A DNA stretch of 35,933 nucleotides, taken from the IMG/VR virus record IMGVR_UViG_3300031565_000174; one strand, written 5' to 3'. Made by a program: the position numbers and the translations under genes. A model generated the notes under the pieces. The model did no database searches. It had not been told where the DNA came from and saw nothing but the letters and a program-made list of their open reading frames with translations. Position 1 is the stretch's first letter, and every line of letters starts with the position of its first letter. This document shows positions 23,697 to 31,753 of the stretch, in pieces. The DNA is from a virus.

Positions 23697-23917
23697 GTTT
23701 ATGGATATATGGTTTAATCTGGATTATTACCGCTATCATTCTGGCTTTATTTTTCGGCCGCTTTATGGCGAATCAGAATAAAATGATAAAAAAAATGTTT
23801 CTTGAAGAGTTCAGGCGGCAGCGTGAATTTAATGAATATATGAATAGGCAGTTGCACCAGACTTTTAACAGAATTTCAAAGAAGAAAGAAGATATGGTCC
23901 ATGGCAAAAATAAATGA
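23693..23917 (+). CDS. Small membrane protein (74 aa)
   Basis: N-terminal TM segment LWIYGLIWIITAIILALFFG. ATGA overlap. Confidence 0.55.
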   Translation: MSLWIYGLIWIITAIILALFFGRFMANQNKMIKKMFLEEFRRQREFNEYMNRQLHQTFNRISKKKEDMVHGKNK

Positions 23918-24188
23918 CGATTCTTTAGGTATTTTTATGATGTTAATCGCAATTGTATTAATTATCGTACTTTTTATACAAAACAATGAACTCAATGATG
24001 AAATTAAAGAAATCACATCCGCCAATGAAAATGAATTTATGATGATTTCAGATATTCAATTCAAAACACTAGTTAGGGTTGCTGAATATTACGGGGATAT
24101 CGATTCAGTCGAAGTTGATGTTAAGATGAATTCCATCAAGTTCTATTTTAAACATAAAACCGATGAAAGAGATCTGACCAGTTTTTAA
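23901..24188 (+). CDS. Small membrane protein (95 aa)
   Basis: TM segment LGIFMMLIAIVLIIVLFI. Confidence 0.55.
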   Translation: MAKINDDSLGIFMMLIAIVLIIVLFIQNNELNDEIKEITSANENEFMMISDIQFKTLVRVAEYYGDIDSVEVDVKMNSIKFYFKHKTDERDLTSF

Positions 24189-24195
24189 GGATATT

Positions 24196-24540
24196 ATGAA
24201 TATTATATTTGATCCGGTTGAAACAGATACACGCCTGGTAATTCCGCCCAGGTGCCGGGGCTGCCTTATAACCTGCCAGCACAACGGCCGTACGATGGCC
24301 GCCTGGAAGGCTGATGAGGAATTAATCCGATTAAGTTTAACCGGACTTAATAAATGCAATACGAAATACCGGGTGGTGGTAAAAGAAGATAATTCATTGA
24401 TGGAGATAATCAAATATGCTTTCTATTCAAAATTACTTAGAGGCGCGATACGAAGTATACAACAGGATACTAAGAAGGGTCGTATTCCAGGCGCCGGAAA
24501 GAAAAGACTGCCGGCAGTGGCTCGGAAGTCTGATAAATGA
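24196..24540 (+). CDS. Hypothetical protein (114 aa); the 3' third may be non-coding read-on
   Basis: ORF track. The basic low-complexity tail overlaps a better-looking 52-aa ORF in another frame. Confidence 0.45.
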   Translation: MNIIFDPVETDTRLVIPPRCRGCLITCQHNGRTMAAWKADEELIRLSLTGLNKCNTKYRVVVKEDNSLMEIIKYAFYSKLLRGAIRSIQQDTKKGRIPGAGKKRLPAVARKSDK

Positions 24541-24574
24541 TCCGGATCTTGAGATGAGAAAGATTAAAGATTAA
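24416..24574 (+). CDS. Unlisted small ORF (52 aa, MLSIQNYLEARYEVYNRILRRVVFQAPERKDCRQWLGSLINDPDLEMRKIKD)
   Basis: Hand translation. GGAG (24402-24405) lies upstream, and its TAA overlaps the next ATG as TAATG (24572-24576). Confidence 0.4.
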   Translation: MLSIQNYLEARYEVYNRILRRVVFQAPERKDCRQWLGSLINDPDLEMRKIKD

Positions 24575-24741
24575 TGAATACGAATCAATTAATCAAAGAT
24601 CTGGAAAAAATGAAGGTAAACCTGGATAAAACTGTGGCTAATTTTCCTCTGCTTCAAGTGTTTACGCCTATGAAAGTGGTAAGGTCTGTTTTAGATAATA
24701 TGATCGATTCACTAAAGACAAAGGAGGCTCTTGAAATCTGA
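24574..24741 (+). CDS. Unlisted small ORF (55 aa, MNTNQLIKDLEKMKVNLDKTVANFPLLQVFTPMKVVRSVLDNMIDSLKTKEALEI)
   Basis: Hand translation. It fills an otherwise empty 225-bp gap and is below the 60-aa track cut-off. Confidence 0.45.
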   Translation: MNTNQLIKDLEKMKVNLDKTVANFPLLQVFTPMKVVRSVLDNMIDSLKTKEALEI

Positions 24742-24764
24742 AGCAACTTCGGAAAGGACTTAAT

Positions 24765-25304
24765 TTGAATACACCCGACGGAAAATTCAAGAAAGGAAGA
24801 AGAGCCAGCCCGGCCACGGAATTTAAGAAAGGAATCATTCCCTGGAATACCGGAAGGAAAGGAGTTCATTACAGCCCGGCTACGGAGTTTAAAAAAGGTC
24901 ACGTGCCGGCCAGCATGAAATATGACGGCTGTATCTCGGTCCGGGTCAAAAGAACAACCGGCGAGAAGTACAAGTTTATCCGGATATCAAAAAATAAATG
25001 GGTTCAATATCACAGATATATCTGGGAAAAACATTATGGAAAAATTCCGGAAGGAATGATTGTCCGGTTTAAAAATGGCAATTCACTGGATGTCCGGATA
25101 GAAAATCTTGAGATGATATCAAAAAATGAAAATCTAATCCGGAACAGAAATTACAATACGGATAAAATGATCGCCGGATATATTACCAGGGATCCGGAAC
25201 TTAAAAAACTGGTTGTTTTAAATCCGCACTTGCTGGAGATAAAACGGCTGCAGTTAAAACTTGGGAGATCCTTGAATGGGAGAAAGATTAAGTCAGTATC
25301 TTAA
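24765..25304 (+). CDS. HNH (HNH_3-type) homing-like endonuclease
   Basis: TTG start. A tripled SPATEFKKG(H/I)xPWN-like N-terminal motif, then WVQYHRYIWEKHYGKIPEGMIVRFKNGNSLDVRIENLEMISKNEN, typical of phage HNH_3 proteins. Confidence 0.65.
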   Translation: MNTPDGKFKKGRRASPATEFKKGIIPWNTGRKGVHYSPATEFKKGHVPASMKYDGCISVRVKRTTGEKYKFIRISKNKWVQYHRYIWEKHYGKIPEGMIVRFKNGNSLDVRIENLEMISKNENLIRNRNYNTDKMIAGYITRDPELKKLVVLNPHLLEIKRLQLKLGRSLNGRKIKSVS

Positions 25305-25677
25305 AGACATGGTGGGTAAAACCTTCATGTATGAAACACACCTTCACCGGATATTATCCTATGAGATCCAGGATGGAATCTGCACTGTTGTCACCGATAA
25401 GAAATGGATAAAATTTCCGGAATCCAGAGGATTAAAAAAGCTGCGGGAATTTCTGGAAGCTCCTGATGAGGAAAAACAGGAACTGGCCCTTAAAATCCTT
25501 CCCAAAAACGGAGAATTAACAGATCTGAAAAAGATTTTAGTGGAAAATATAAAAAGGGTCCAGAATGATGAAAAATTCGTCCAGCAGGCTAATGCTATCA
25601 ATAAATCAGTTAATGCCGTAATTAATCTCGGGAAACTTGAAATAAGTTTTTTTAAGGCGCAAAGAGAAGAATTATGA
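25276..25677 (+). CDS. Hypothetical protein (133 aa)
   Basis: ORF track. GGGAG lies about 9 nt upstream. Confidence 0.55.
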   Translation: MGERLSQYLKDMVGKTFMYETHLHRILSYEIQDGICTVVTDKKWIKFPESRGLKKLREFLEAPDEEKQELALKILPKNGELTDLKKILVENIKRVQNDEKFVQQANAINKSVNAVINLGKLEISFFKAQREEL

Positions 25678-25958
25678 CAGATCTACACCAGGAAATACAG
25701 GATAAGATCCTATTTCTCATCCGGGAAAAAGGAAAAAGCAAAGGAATATACTCCATCCTGGAATATAATAGATTCCACATAACCTATGCCAGTTATCACA
25801 GATTATTGACCGTATACAATGATCTGGACATCGTTTTTCAGACTCTTGAGAATGAATTGATAACATTTACCGATGGAAACTGGATCCATTTGATCAATAA
25901 TTATTACCGGGAGGTTTACAGGAATGCAGAGAAGAACCAGAAAGCACTCCATACTTGA
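25674..25958 (+). CDS. Hypothetical protein (94 aa)
   Basis: ATGA overlap with the upstream gene. Confidence 0.55.
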   Translation: MTDLHQEIQDKILFLIREKGKSKGIYSILEYNRFHITYASYHRLLTVYNDLDIVFQTLENELITFTDGNWIHLINNYYREVYRNAEKNQKALHT

Positions 25959-26310
25959 ATATCTCTGTCAGAATGGACGTACATCGCTCTACACGCTGCG
26001 TGAGCCGCATATCGGCGGATCCTCTGCAGATACACAGATCCGGAAACTGAGGACCGTCCACGGTATTCCGATTGACTGGGCATACAGGAAGGATTCACAG
26101 GGCAAAATCACCAGTACAACAGAATATTTCCTGGTCGTGGATCCCGAGCGCATCGATATCGATAATTTATGCCTCAAAAATGTTAAACCGGTCCAGGGTA
26201 TACTGGATTTGAATGTCGAACCTAAAATTGAATTATGTCCGGTTTGCGGCGGGGTTAAAGGCCGATTGGGGATTGACGGTTGTCTATGTAATAATCTGGG
26301 AATGATATGA
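25924..26310 (+). CDS. Putative winged-helix DNA-binding protein with C-terminal Cys cluster (128 aa)
   Basis: SILEYLCQNGRTSLYTLRE looks wHTH-like. The Cys cluster is CPVCGG...GCLC. Confidence 0.45.
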   Translation: MQRRTRKHSILEYLCQNGRTSLYTLREPHIGGSSADTQIRKLRTVHGIPIDWAYRKDSQGKITSTTEYFLVVDPERIDIDNLCLKNVKPVQGILDLNVEPKIELCPVCGGVKGRLGIDGCLCNNLGMI

Positions 26311-26345
26311 TGAAAATACATAAATGAAATGAAGGAGGAAATAGG

Positions 26346-26561
26346 ATGCAAAGTTACAAGGAAGATGAATTATTTAAGACACAACAGGGAACGATTGACA
26401 AATTAGCAGAAGCAATGAAGAATGATAAAGAATCTACTCATCATGTAATTGGTAAAATTCCGAAGGTTGGGAAAGAATTTACTTTAAATGGATTGATTTA
26501 TAAGGTGATATCAGTCAATCCATTTAAAGGAATATTTATTTCTAAAATCAAAGGAGAATAA
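26346..26561 (+). CDS. Hypothetical protein (71 aa)
   Basis: RBS AAGGAGG (26331-26337). Confidence 0.6.
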   Translation: MQSYKEDELFKTQQGTIDKLAEAMKNDKESTHHVIGKIPKVGKEFTLNGLIYKVISVNPFKGIFISKIKGE

Positions 26562-26746
26562 AAGCAAAGTTATTATCTTTTAACCGTTTAACTCTATTCG
26601 AATTGGAACACATAAAATTTTTAGAGGGCATCGAACTTTATGGTGAATATGAAGAGTATGAAATGCTGAATAAATTATTTAAAGTTATTTTGAATTAATA
26701 TAGATAAACAACTATACAAGTAAAACGGTCATGAAGGGGGTACTAG

Positions 26747-27670
26747 TTGCCTTTAAGATTTACAGATACTGAAAAGTGGAAAAAAGCCTGGTTTCGGAAA
26801 TTGCCACCGATTTATAAATTATTTTGGGATTATTTATGCGATATGTGCGATCATGCCGGTATGTGGGATGTAGATCTGGAACGCGCGGAATTCGAAATCG
26901 GGGGAAAAATAGCCATTGATGATATCAATAAATATTTTGGTGATCAAATAAGGGTTATAAAAGAAGATAAATGGTTCTTTGAGCCGTTTATTCCTTTTCA
27001 ATATAAACATGAGATAGAAGATCTTAATCCGGAAAGTAATGTTCATCTGGGAGTGATTAAAGTATTAAAGCGTTATAACCTATACTTAAATGGGAGCGGT
27101 AAATCTTTAACAAACCCTTGCCTAACTCTTAACGAATGGTTAACTAATCTATCTGAACCCTTACCCAACCCTTGCCCAACCCTTAAGGAACCCTTACCCA
27201 ACCCTTCCTTAACCCTTATGGATATGGATAAGGATAAGAATAAAGAAAAACTAGAAACTAGTAATATAAATAATAATAATACTAGTATTAATAATATTAA
27301 AAGCAAAAAGTTTAAAAAACCTACGATTGAAGAAATTGAAGAATATGCAGAAAAAATAAAATACAACCTGGATCCTGAACAGTTTTTTGAATTTTACGAG
27401 CAAAAGGACTGGATGGTTGGAAAAAATAAAATGAAAAACTGGAAGGCGGCGATAAATAACTGGAAGGCTCATGGCTGGGGAATAAGAGAAGGTCCTCCGG
27501 CCAAAGAGAATAAACCAGTGACATTGATTAAAAAGTTTGATGAATTCTGCAGCCTGTGTCCGGAGCTGAGCAGGGAAGAGGCTTTAAATTCGATAGATTT
27601 AACGTCTGATGATAAGGTTTTGCTTAAGGATGCTCTGAATAAACGGGCTATGCCAATTCCCGGGGGATAG
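26747..27670 (+). CDS. Putative replication initiator / replisome-organizer protein containing the origin iterons
   Basis: TTG start after GAAGGGGG. The C-terminal motif KKPTIEEIEEYAEKIKYNLDPEQFFEFYEQKDWMVGKNKMKNWKAAINNWKAHGW is common in phage replication-organizer proteins (memory). Internal iterons plus an AT-rich tract mirror lambda O/ori. Confidence 0.5.
   Translation: MPLRFTDTEKWKKAWFRKLPPIYKLFWDYLCDMCDHAGMWDVDLERAEFEIGGKIAIDDINKYFGDQIRVIKEDKWFFEPFIPFQYKHEIEDLNPESNVHLGVIKVLKRYNLYLNGSGKSLTNPCLTLNEWLTNLSEPLPNPCPTLKEPLPNPSLTLMDMDKDKNKEKLETSNINNNNTSINNIKSKKFKKPTIEEIEEYAEKIKYNLDPEQFFEFYEQKDWMVGKNKMKNWKAAINNWKAHGWGIREGPPAKENKPVTLIKKFDEFCSLCPELSREEALNSIDLTSDDKVLLKDALNKRAMPIPGG
27113..27217. 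repeat. Origin-like iterons: AACCCTT x7, six of them exactly 11 bp apart
   Basis: Copies begin at 27113, 27156, 27167, 27178, 27189, 27200 and 27211 (counted by hand). They are followed by a very AT-rich stretch to about 27330. Confidence 0.8.
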
Positions 27671-27710
27671 TATAAAATTTAAACCTGGTTAATTTTAAAA
27701 TTGAGGGTAA

Positions 27711-28013
27711 ATGGGACATAAAGTTATCAGTAGAAATTACAAAATGCAGGCGCATGTAAACAGGATACTTATTGGACGGGCCGATGTATTGACAATGGCC
27801 AGGGAAAAATTTCCGGTTAAGGAAAAATGGCAGACAATCGATACATCAAAAATGCGTGTTTGTGAGGTTAGAAATAAAATAAATAATCCAAATTGCCTTA
27901 GACTTGCCTATCGAAAAGTGAAATCAAAATATGGCGATATATATACCTGTGACAACTGTGCTATGAAGATTGCCAGGGAAAATGAAATGAATTGGAACCC
28001 TGATGATCTGTGA
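27711..28013 (+). CDS. Hypothetical protein (100 aa), CxxC near the C-terminus
   Basis: ORF track. Confidence 0.55.
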   Translation: MGHKVISRNYKMQAHVNRILIGRADVLTMAREKFPVKEKWQTIDTSKMRVCEVRNKINNPNCLRLAYRKVKSKYGDIYTCDNCAMKIARENEMNWNPDDL

Positions 28014-28191
28014 TATCTGTAAGGCCGAGATAAAGGGAAAAGTTAAGAGCAGGTATTGCCCTAAATGTTCATCGGAAATTAAAAAATGTTATCAGTATTA
28101 CATCGGAACTGCCTGGAAAAGAGCGGTTGAATTCGTAAGAGGGGCGCATGAAAGTGACTTACGTGAAAAACAAAAAAGCGATAAGAAATAG
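28003..28191 (+). CDS. Small zinc-ribbon protein (62 aa)
   Basis: Paired Cys motifs CDIC ... CPKC. Confidence 0.5.
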   Translation: MICDICKAEIKGKVKSRYCPKCSSEIKKCYQYYIGTAWKRAVEFVRGAHESDLREKQKSDKK

Positions 28192-28531
28192 ATCCGGATT
28201 ACAGCGTACTTCATCTATCCGGGCGAAACAATTGGAGGAAGCAGTCGGCCGGACTTTATCCTTGCTCGATATTTCTTTTATGCGTGTTTCCAATTATCGC
28301 TGTTTCAAATGCGGCCAGGTTCAAAATGCGCCTGCCAAGAACTGGCCTGATTTTTTTTGCTATCATCCGTTTTTACTGGCAATTGAATGCAAAACAGGAT
28401 CCGGCGCGTTAACCAGCGGACAGCACGATGTAATATATAAATTAAAATCATCCGGGGTGAAGACTTTGATTGTTCGTGATACGGTTGATTCGCTGTTTCT
28501 CTGGTTGAAAGAAAAGGGATATAATATCTGA
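28148..28531 (+). CDS. VRR-NUC / PD-(D/E)xK-type nuclease (possible junction resolvase)
   Basis: NWPDFFCYHPFLLAIECKTGSGALTSGQHDVIYKLKSSGVKTLIV fits the VRR-NUC core (PD ... ExK ... Ls..Q ... G). The true start may be downstream of 28148. Confidence 0.55.
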   Translation: MKVTYVKNKKAIRNRSGLQRTSSIRAKQLEEAVGRTLSLLDISFMRVSNYRCFKCGQVQNAPAKNWPDFFCYHPFLLAIECKTGSGALTSGQHDVIYKLKSSGVKTLIVRDTVDSLFLWLKEKGYNI

Positions 28532-29325
28532 TGGGAACATCAAAAATAGAATGGACGGATAAGGTCTGGAATCCAGTAACTGGTTGCACTAAAGTTTCGG
28601 AAGGATGCCGGAATTGTTATGCTGAATCCTTTGCGAATAGATTCTGGATTGATAAAATCAGATATCAGGATACTGGGAAAAAAGTAAAGCGTCCATTTGA
28701 TGCTATATTGTGTCATCCGGAAAGATTAGAGCAGCCGCTGCATTGGAAAAAGCCATGTAAAATATTTGTATGCAGTATGGCTGATTTATTTCATGAAAGT
28801 ATTTATTTCTCTGATATTGATTGTGTGTTTAATACGATGTTAAATGCTGATCAACATATTTATATGATTCTAACAAAAAGACCTAAAAATTTAAAAAATT
28901 ATTTGCATGATAATGAATGGATTATGAGAAATGTTGGTCATATCTGGCTCGGTGTTTCGGTTGAAGATCAAAAAACAGCGGATGAACGGATACCAGTTCT
29001 CCTGTCGATTCCAGCAAAAGTACATTTTGTTTCCTGTGAGCCGTTGCTTGAAACGATAGATCTTGAATTGTCCGGGAGAAATTATGGCATCGATCATAAA
29101 GATTGGTCAGAAAGACTTGATTGGGTGATTGTCGGAGCGGAATCCGGGCCAAAACGTAGAAAATGCCAGCTTTCCTGGATTGATTATATCATACGTCAAT
29201 GCCGGGAATCGAGTATCCCAGTTTTCATTAAGCAGATTCATTATTGCGGTGAATTAATACATGCTAAAGATTTTAATAATTTTTTTTCTAAGGGATTATT
29301 TCCGACTGAATTTCCAAAGGAGTAA
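28531..29325 (+). CDS. Phage Gp37/Gp68 family protein (DUF5131)
   Basis: The N-terminal signature IEWTDKVWNPVTGCTKVSEGCRNCYAESF is characteristic of this family. Confidence 0.8.
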   Translation: MGTSKIEWTDKVWNPVTGCTKVSEGCRNCYAESFANRFWIDKIRYQDTGKKVKRPFDAILCHPERLEQPLHWKKPCKIFVCSMADLFHESIYFSDIDCVFNTMLNADQHIYMILTKRPKNLKNYLHDNEWIMRNVGHIWLGVSVEDQKTADERIPVLLSIPAKVHFVSCEPLLETIDLELSGRNYGIDHKDWSERLDWVIVGAESGPKRRKCQLSWIDYIIRQCRESSIPVFIKQIHYCGELIHAKDFNNFFSKGLFPTEFPKE

Positions 29326-29328
29326 AAA

Positions 29329-29751
29329 ATGAAAAATATACTTTTATTATTTGCAATATTGTGGATATTCTTTGATTGCAATTTACAGGCACAAAATCAT
29401 ACTTACAAACTGGTATGGGATTATAATACCGATGATATAACCTATGAATATATGATTTTTGTCGCAGAAGTATCCGATACATTACAATCACCATTTTATG
29501 TACCAATTGATTCTTTAAGTAACTGGACTCCATATTTATTTAAAGCCGTTAATCATGATACATTGTTTTCAATGAATCCTGATTCGGCCGTTTTTTTATA
29601 TGAAACAATTGAAGATGGGAAATGGCTTTGTGGAAGAATAATTGCCAGAACAATAGGCAGTGTCTATTCAGGTCCTAGTAATCAAGCGTTTTATCATAAA
29701 CCAATGCTATTAAAACCACAAACGCCTGGCGGAGCGAGATGGGAGAGATAA
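29329..29751 (+). CDS. Exported protein (140 aa)
   Basis: MKNILLLFAILWIFFDCNLQAQ is signal-peptide-like. Confidence 0.6.
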   Translation: MKNILLLFAILWIFFDCNLQAQNHTYKLVWDYNTDDITYEYMIFVAEVSDTLQSPFYVPIDSLSNWTPYLFKAVNHDTLFSMNPDSAVFLYETIEDGKWLCGRIIARTIGSVYSGPSNQAFYHKPMLLKPQTPGGARWER

Positions 29752-29758
29752 TTAGAGA

Positions 29759-29819
29759 ATGAAATCATTATTGTGGTATGTTATCTTTTTTGCCCTGGCA
29801 TCTTTCACTAAAGGTTTTG
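29759..29819 (+). repeat. Copy A of a 61-bp direct repeat (58/61 identical to 31438-31498); forms a truncated 23-codon ORF
   Basis: Aligned by hand. atgaaatcattattgtggta(t/c)gttatcttttttgc(c/t)ctggcatctttcactaaagg(t/c)ttt. Confidence 0.9.
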
Positions 29820-29826
29820 AGGGGAA

Positions 29827-30051
29827 ATGAAAATAAAACAAAATATCGATGATTTAATCGGAGACCCGGATTGTCCTATTTGTGAAGGTGGGGGCTGGTA
29901 TTGGGATTATGGACCAATGGGAATTGAGATAAATAAAATTCCATGTTGGCGCTGTAATACATTTTGGAAAAGAATAAAAAGAAAATTCAAATTCCGGACT
30001 TATGATAAAAATAGTACAGTTCCATTCAGGGGAAAATTGGAGGATAGATGA
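29827..30051 (+). CDS. Small zinc-ribbon protein (74 aa)
   Basis: Paired Cys motifs CPICEGGG ... CWRC. Its ATG overlaps the stop of the truncated repeat ORF (ATGA). Confidence 0.55.
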   Translation: MKIKQNIDDLIGDPDCPICEGGGWYWDYGPMGIEINKIPCWRCNTFWKRIKRKFKFRTYDKNSTVPFRGKLEDR

Positions 30052-30254
30052 AGGTAAAAGTTGGTAATAAAATATATGATGGTAATAAAGAGCCGGTGAT
30101 GGTGATTTTATCTAAGGGCGAGAAAGAGTAAATCGCGAATATGCATCCGGATGCAACTAAATATTGTGTTTATCCAGATACCGAAAAATGGACACAGAAT
30201 AATTATGCAGGGATAAAAGTGTGGATGGACAGTAATGTCTCCGGTTTACTTTAG
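30048..30254 (+). CDS. Small ORF interrupted by an in-frame TAA (30129-30131): 27 codons, TAA, 40 further open codons
   Basis: Hand translation: MKVKVGNKIYDGNKEPVMVILSKGEKE*IANMHPDATKYCVYPDTEKWTQNNYAGIKVWMDSNVSGLL. ATGA overlap with the upstream gene. It could instead be two micro-ORFs. Confidence 0.35.
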
Positions 30255-30263
30255 GAGGATAAG

Positions 30264-30530
30264 GTGAGTATTACAGTATTAAGAGAAGAATATCCAATCG
30301 CCAGAAAAGACTATAATTGTTCAGCGTGTGAATGGATAAGAGAAGATATTAGTGGTTTTGAATTCGCCGAATTAAGAAAAATTGTCATGGCAAGAAAAAA
30401 TGGTTGGAAAATTAAAAAAGGGCAAAGATACATAAAGCAGATTAATATTTGTGACGGTGATTTTTATGTATACAAAGCCATCCCAGATATACATGATATC
30501 TGCATAGAGCATGATATATTTGATTCTTAA
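30264..30530 (+). CDS. Hypothetical protein (88 aa), GTG start
   Basis: RBS AGGAGGA (30253-30259). Confidence 0.6.
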   Translation: MSITVLREEYPIARKDYNCSACEWIREDISGFEFAELRKIVMARKNGWKIKKGQRYIKQINICDGDFYVYKAIPDIHDICIEHDIFDS

Positions 30531-30540
30531 AGGAGAAGAA

Positions 30541-30723
30541 ATGAGTAATATAAGGAAAGAGGTCATTAGGGCTGAATGGATGGGAATTAATTTGGGGGGT
30601 CTTTCGTGGGAGTTAGAATTGGAATGTGGTCATAGTAAAACTTTTACTACGCATTCTAAAGATCTTAAAACACCACAAAAAGTTATTTGTGAAAAGTGTA
30701 AAAAAGTATTGGAGGAGAAATGA
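30541..30723 (+). CDS. Small Cys-containing protein (60 aa)
   Basis: ATG 30541 preceded by AGGAGAAG. Contains CGH ... CEKC. Confidence 0.55.
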   Translation: MSNIRKEVIRAEWMGINLGGLSWELELECGHSKTFTTHSKDLKTPQKVICEKCKKVLEEK

Positions 30724-31073
30724 GTTTACGAGTGCCTATAAAATTGGGAGATACAACATATTTAATTCATCAAGTTGTTGGCGATTATATAAACAAACTG
30801 GAAAAGGATTGTGAAGATTTCAGGGAAGCTGCAAAGATTGCCCTTAAAGATAGAGACAAACAAGTGATCAAAGTCAAACAACTGGAAGAAGAACGAAGGA
30901 TGTATCTTGATGAGAAGGCAACATTCAAAGAGCAAATCAAACAACTGGAGGATGGCATACGAAGGATTAAAAAATGGGTTGTATCTAAATCTAACACTTA
31001 TGATATGAAAATGGCTATAGAACAAGAATGCGAGTTTTTTTTAGATAAAGCAATGGCAAACTACTGGATTTGA
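30720..31073 (+). CDS. Coiled-coil protein (117 aa)
   Basis: ATGA overlap. Heptad-like segment KQVIKVKQLEEERRMYLDEKATFKEQIKQLEDGIRRIKK. Confidence 0.6.
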   Translation: MSLRVPIKLGDTTYLIHQVVGDYINKLEKDCEDFREAAKIALKDRDKQVIKVKQLEEERRMYLDEKATFKEQIKQLEDGIRRIKKWVVSKSNTYDMKMAIEQECEFFLDKAMANYWI

Positions 31074-31154
31074 TGCAAAAGGAACCTACACATAGGAAAA
31101 ACAAATCGAATGGCATCAAAGACAGGATGATGCACAAAAAGCATTGGAGCAGAA

Positions 31155-31400
31155 ATGATGGCCACTAATAAGTTTGACCAACTTGTTGAGGATTTAGACA
31201 ACGGAGATCTTGGTTTCCGCCACATTTGTAATGCCATTCGTCAGCATATTCGAAACAAATATCCAAAAGAATATACAGATATATTATGCGGTAAAAGCGA
31301 GCATAATTCTGGGTTAATTGCAATACAATTCCGACTAATCAGAGAAATGATTGGATCAATGGAATTACTTTATTTAAGAATGAAGCAGGAGCAGAAATGA
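31155..31400 (+). CDS. Hypothetical protein (81 aa)
   Basis: RBS GGAG about 6 nt upstream. Confidence 0.6.
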   Translation: MMATNKFDQLVEDLDNGDLGFRHICNAIRQHIRNKYPKEYTDILCGKSEHNSGLIAIQFRLIREMIGSMELLYLRMKQEQK

Positions 31401-31437
31401 TAGACGCTGAGGAATATAGAAGGCAATTTGAAGAAAA

Positions 31438-31498
31438 ATGAAATCATTATTGTGGTACGTTATCTTTTTTGCTCTGGCATCTTTCACTAAAGGCTTTA
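31438..31498 (+). repeat. Copy B of the 61-bp direct repeat (see 29759-29819)
   Basis: Aligned by hand. Confidence 0.9.
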
Positions 31499-31734
31499 TG
31501 GATTATATTCATTTCCAGAGGCCTCTGAATAGTGGTTATTTTAGTATTCATACAAAGGATACCCGGGATGCCTGGCATGACGGCTCCAGGCTTATGTGGT
31601 TTTTTATAGCAGTAGGTATGATCGGTGTTAGCTTGTATCTGTTGTTGTTTGCGTTTATAAATTACTTAGTCCACGAATTAAGTTACCATGAGATATTTAA
31701 GAGGATCCTAAATAAAATCACCAGAACAAAATAA
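31438..31734 (+). CDS. Membrane protein (98 aa)
   Basis: Hydrophobic N-terminus plus a second TM segment, MWFFIAVGMIGVSLYLLLFAFI. Its first 61 nt are repeat copy B. Confidence 0.6.
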   Translation: MKSLLWYVIFFALASFTKGFMDYIHFQRPLNSGYFSIHTKDTRDAWHDGSRLMWFFIAVGMIGVSLYLLLFAFINYLVHELSYHEIFKRILNKITRTK

Positions 31735-31753
31735 ATTAAGAGAGGGTAAGACA

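Noticed and set aside
27073-27524. Minus-strand ORFs 27073-27366, 27251-27472 and 27321-27524
   Set aside because: They are antisense to the replication gene within the iteron and AT-rich tract. Their products are repetitive Leu/Phe/Ser strings generated by low-complexity DNA.
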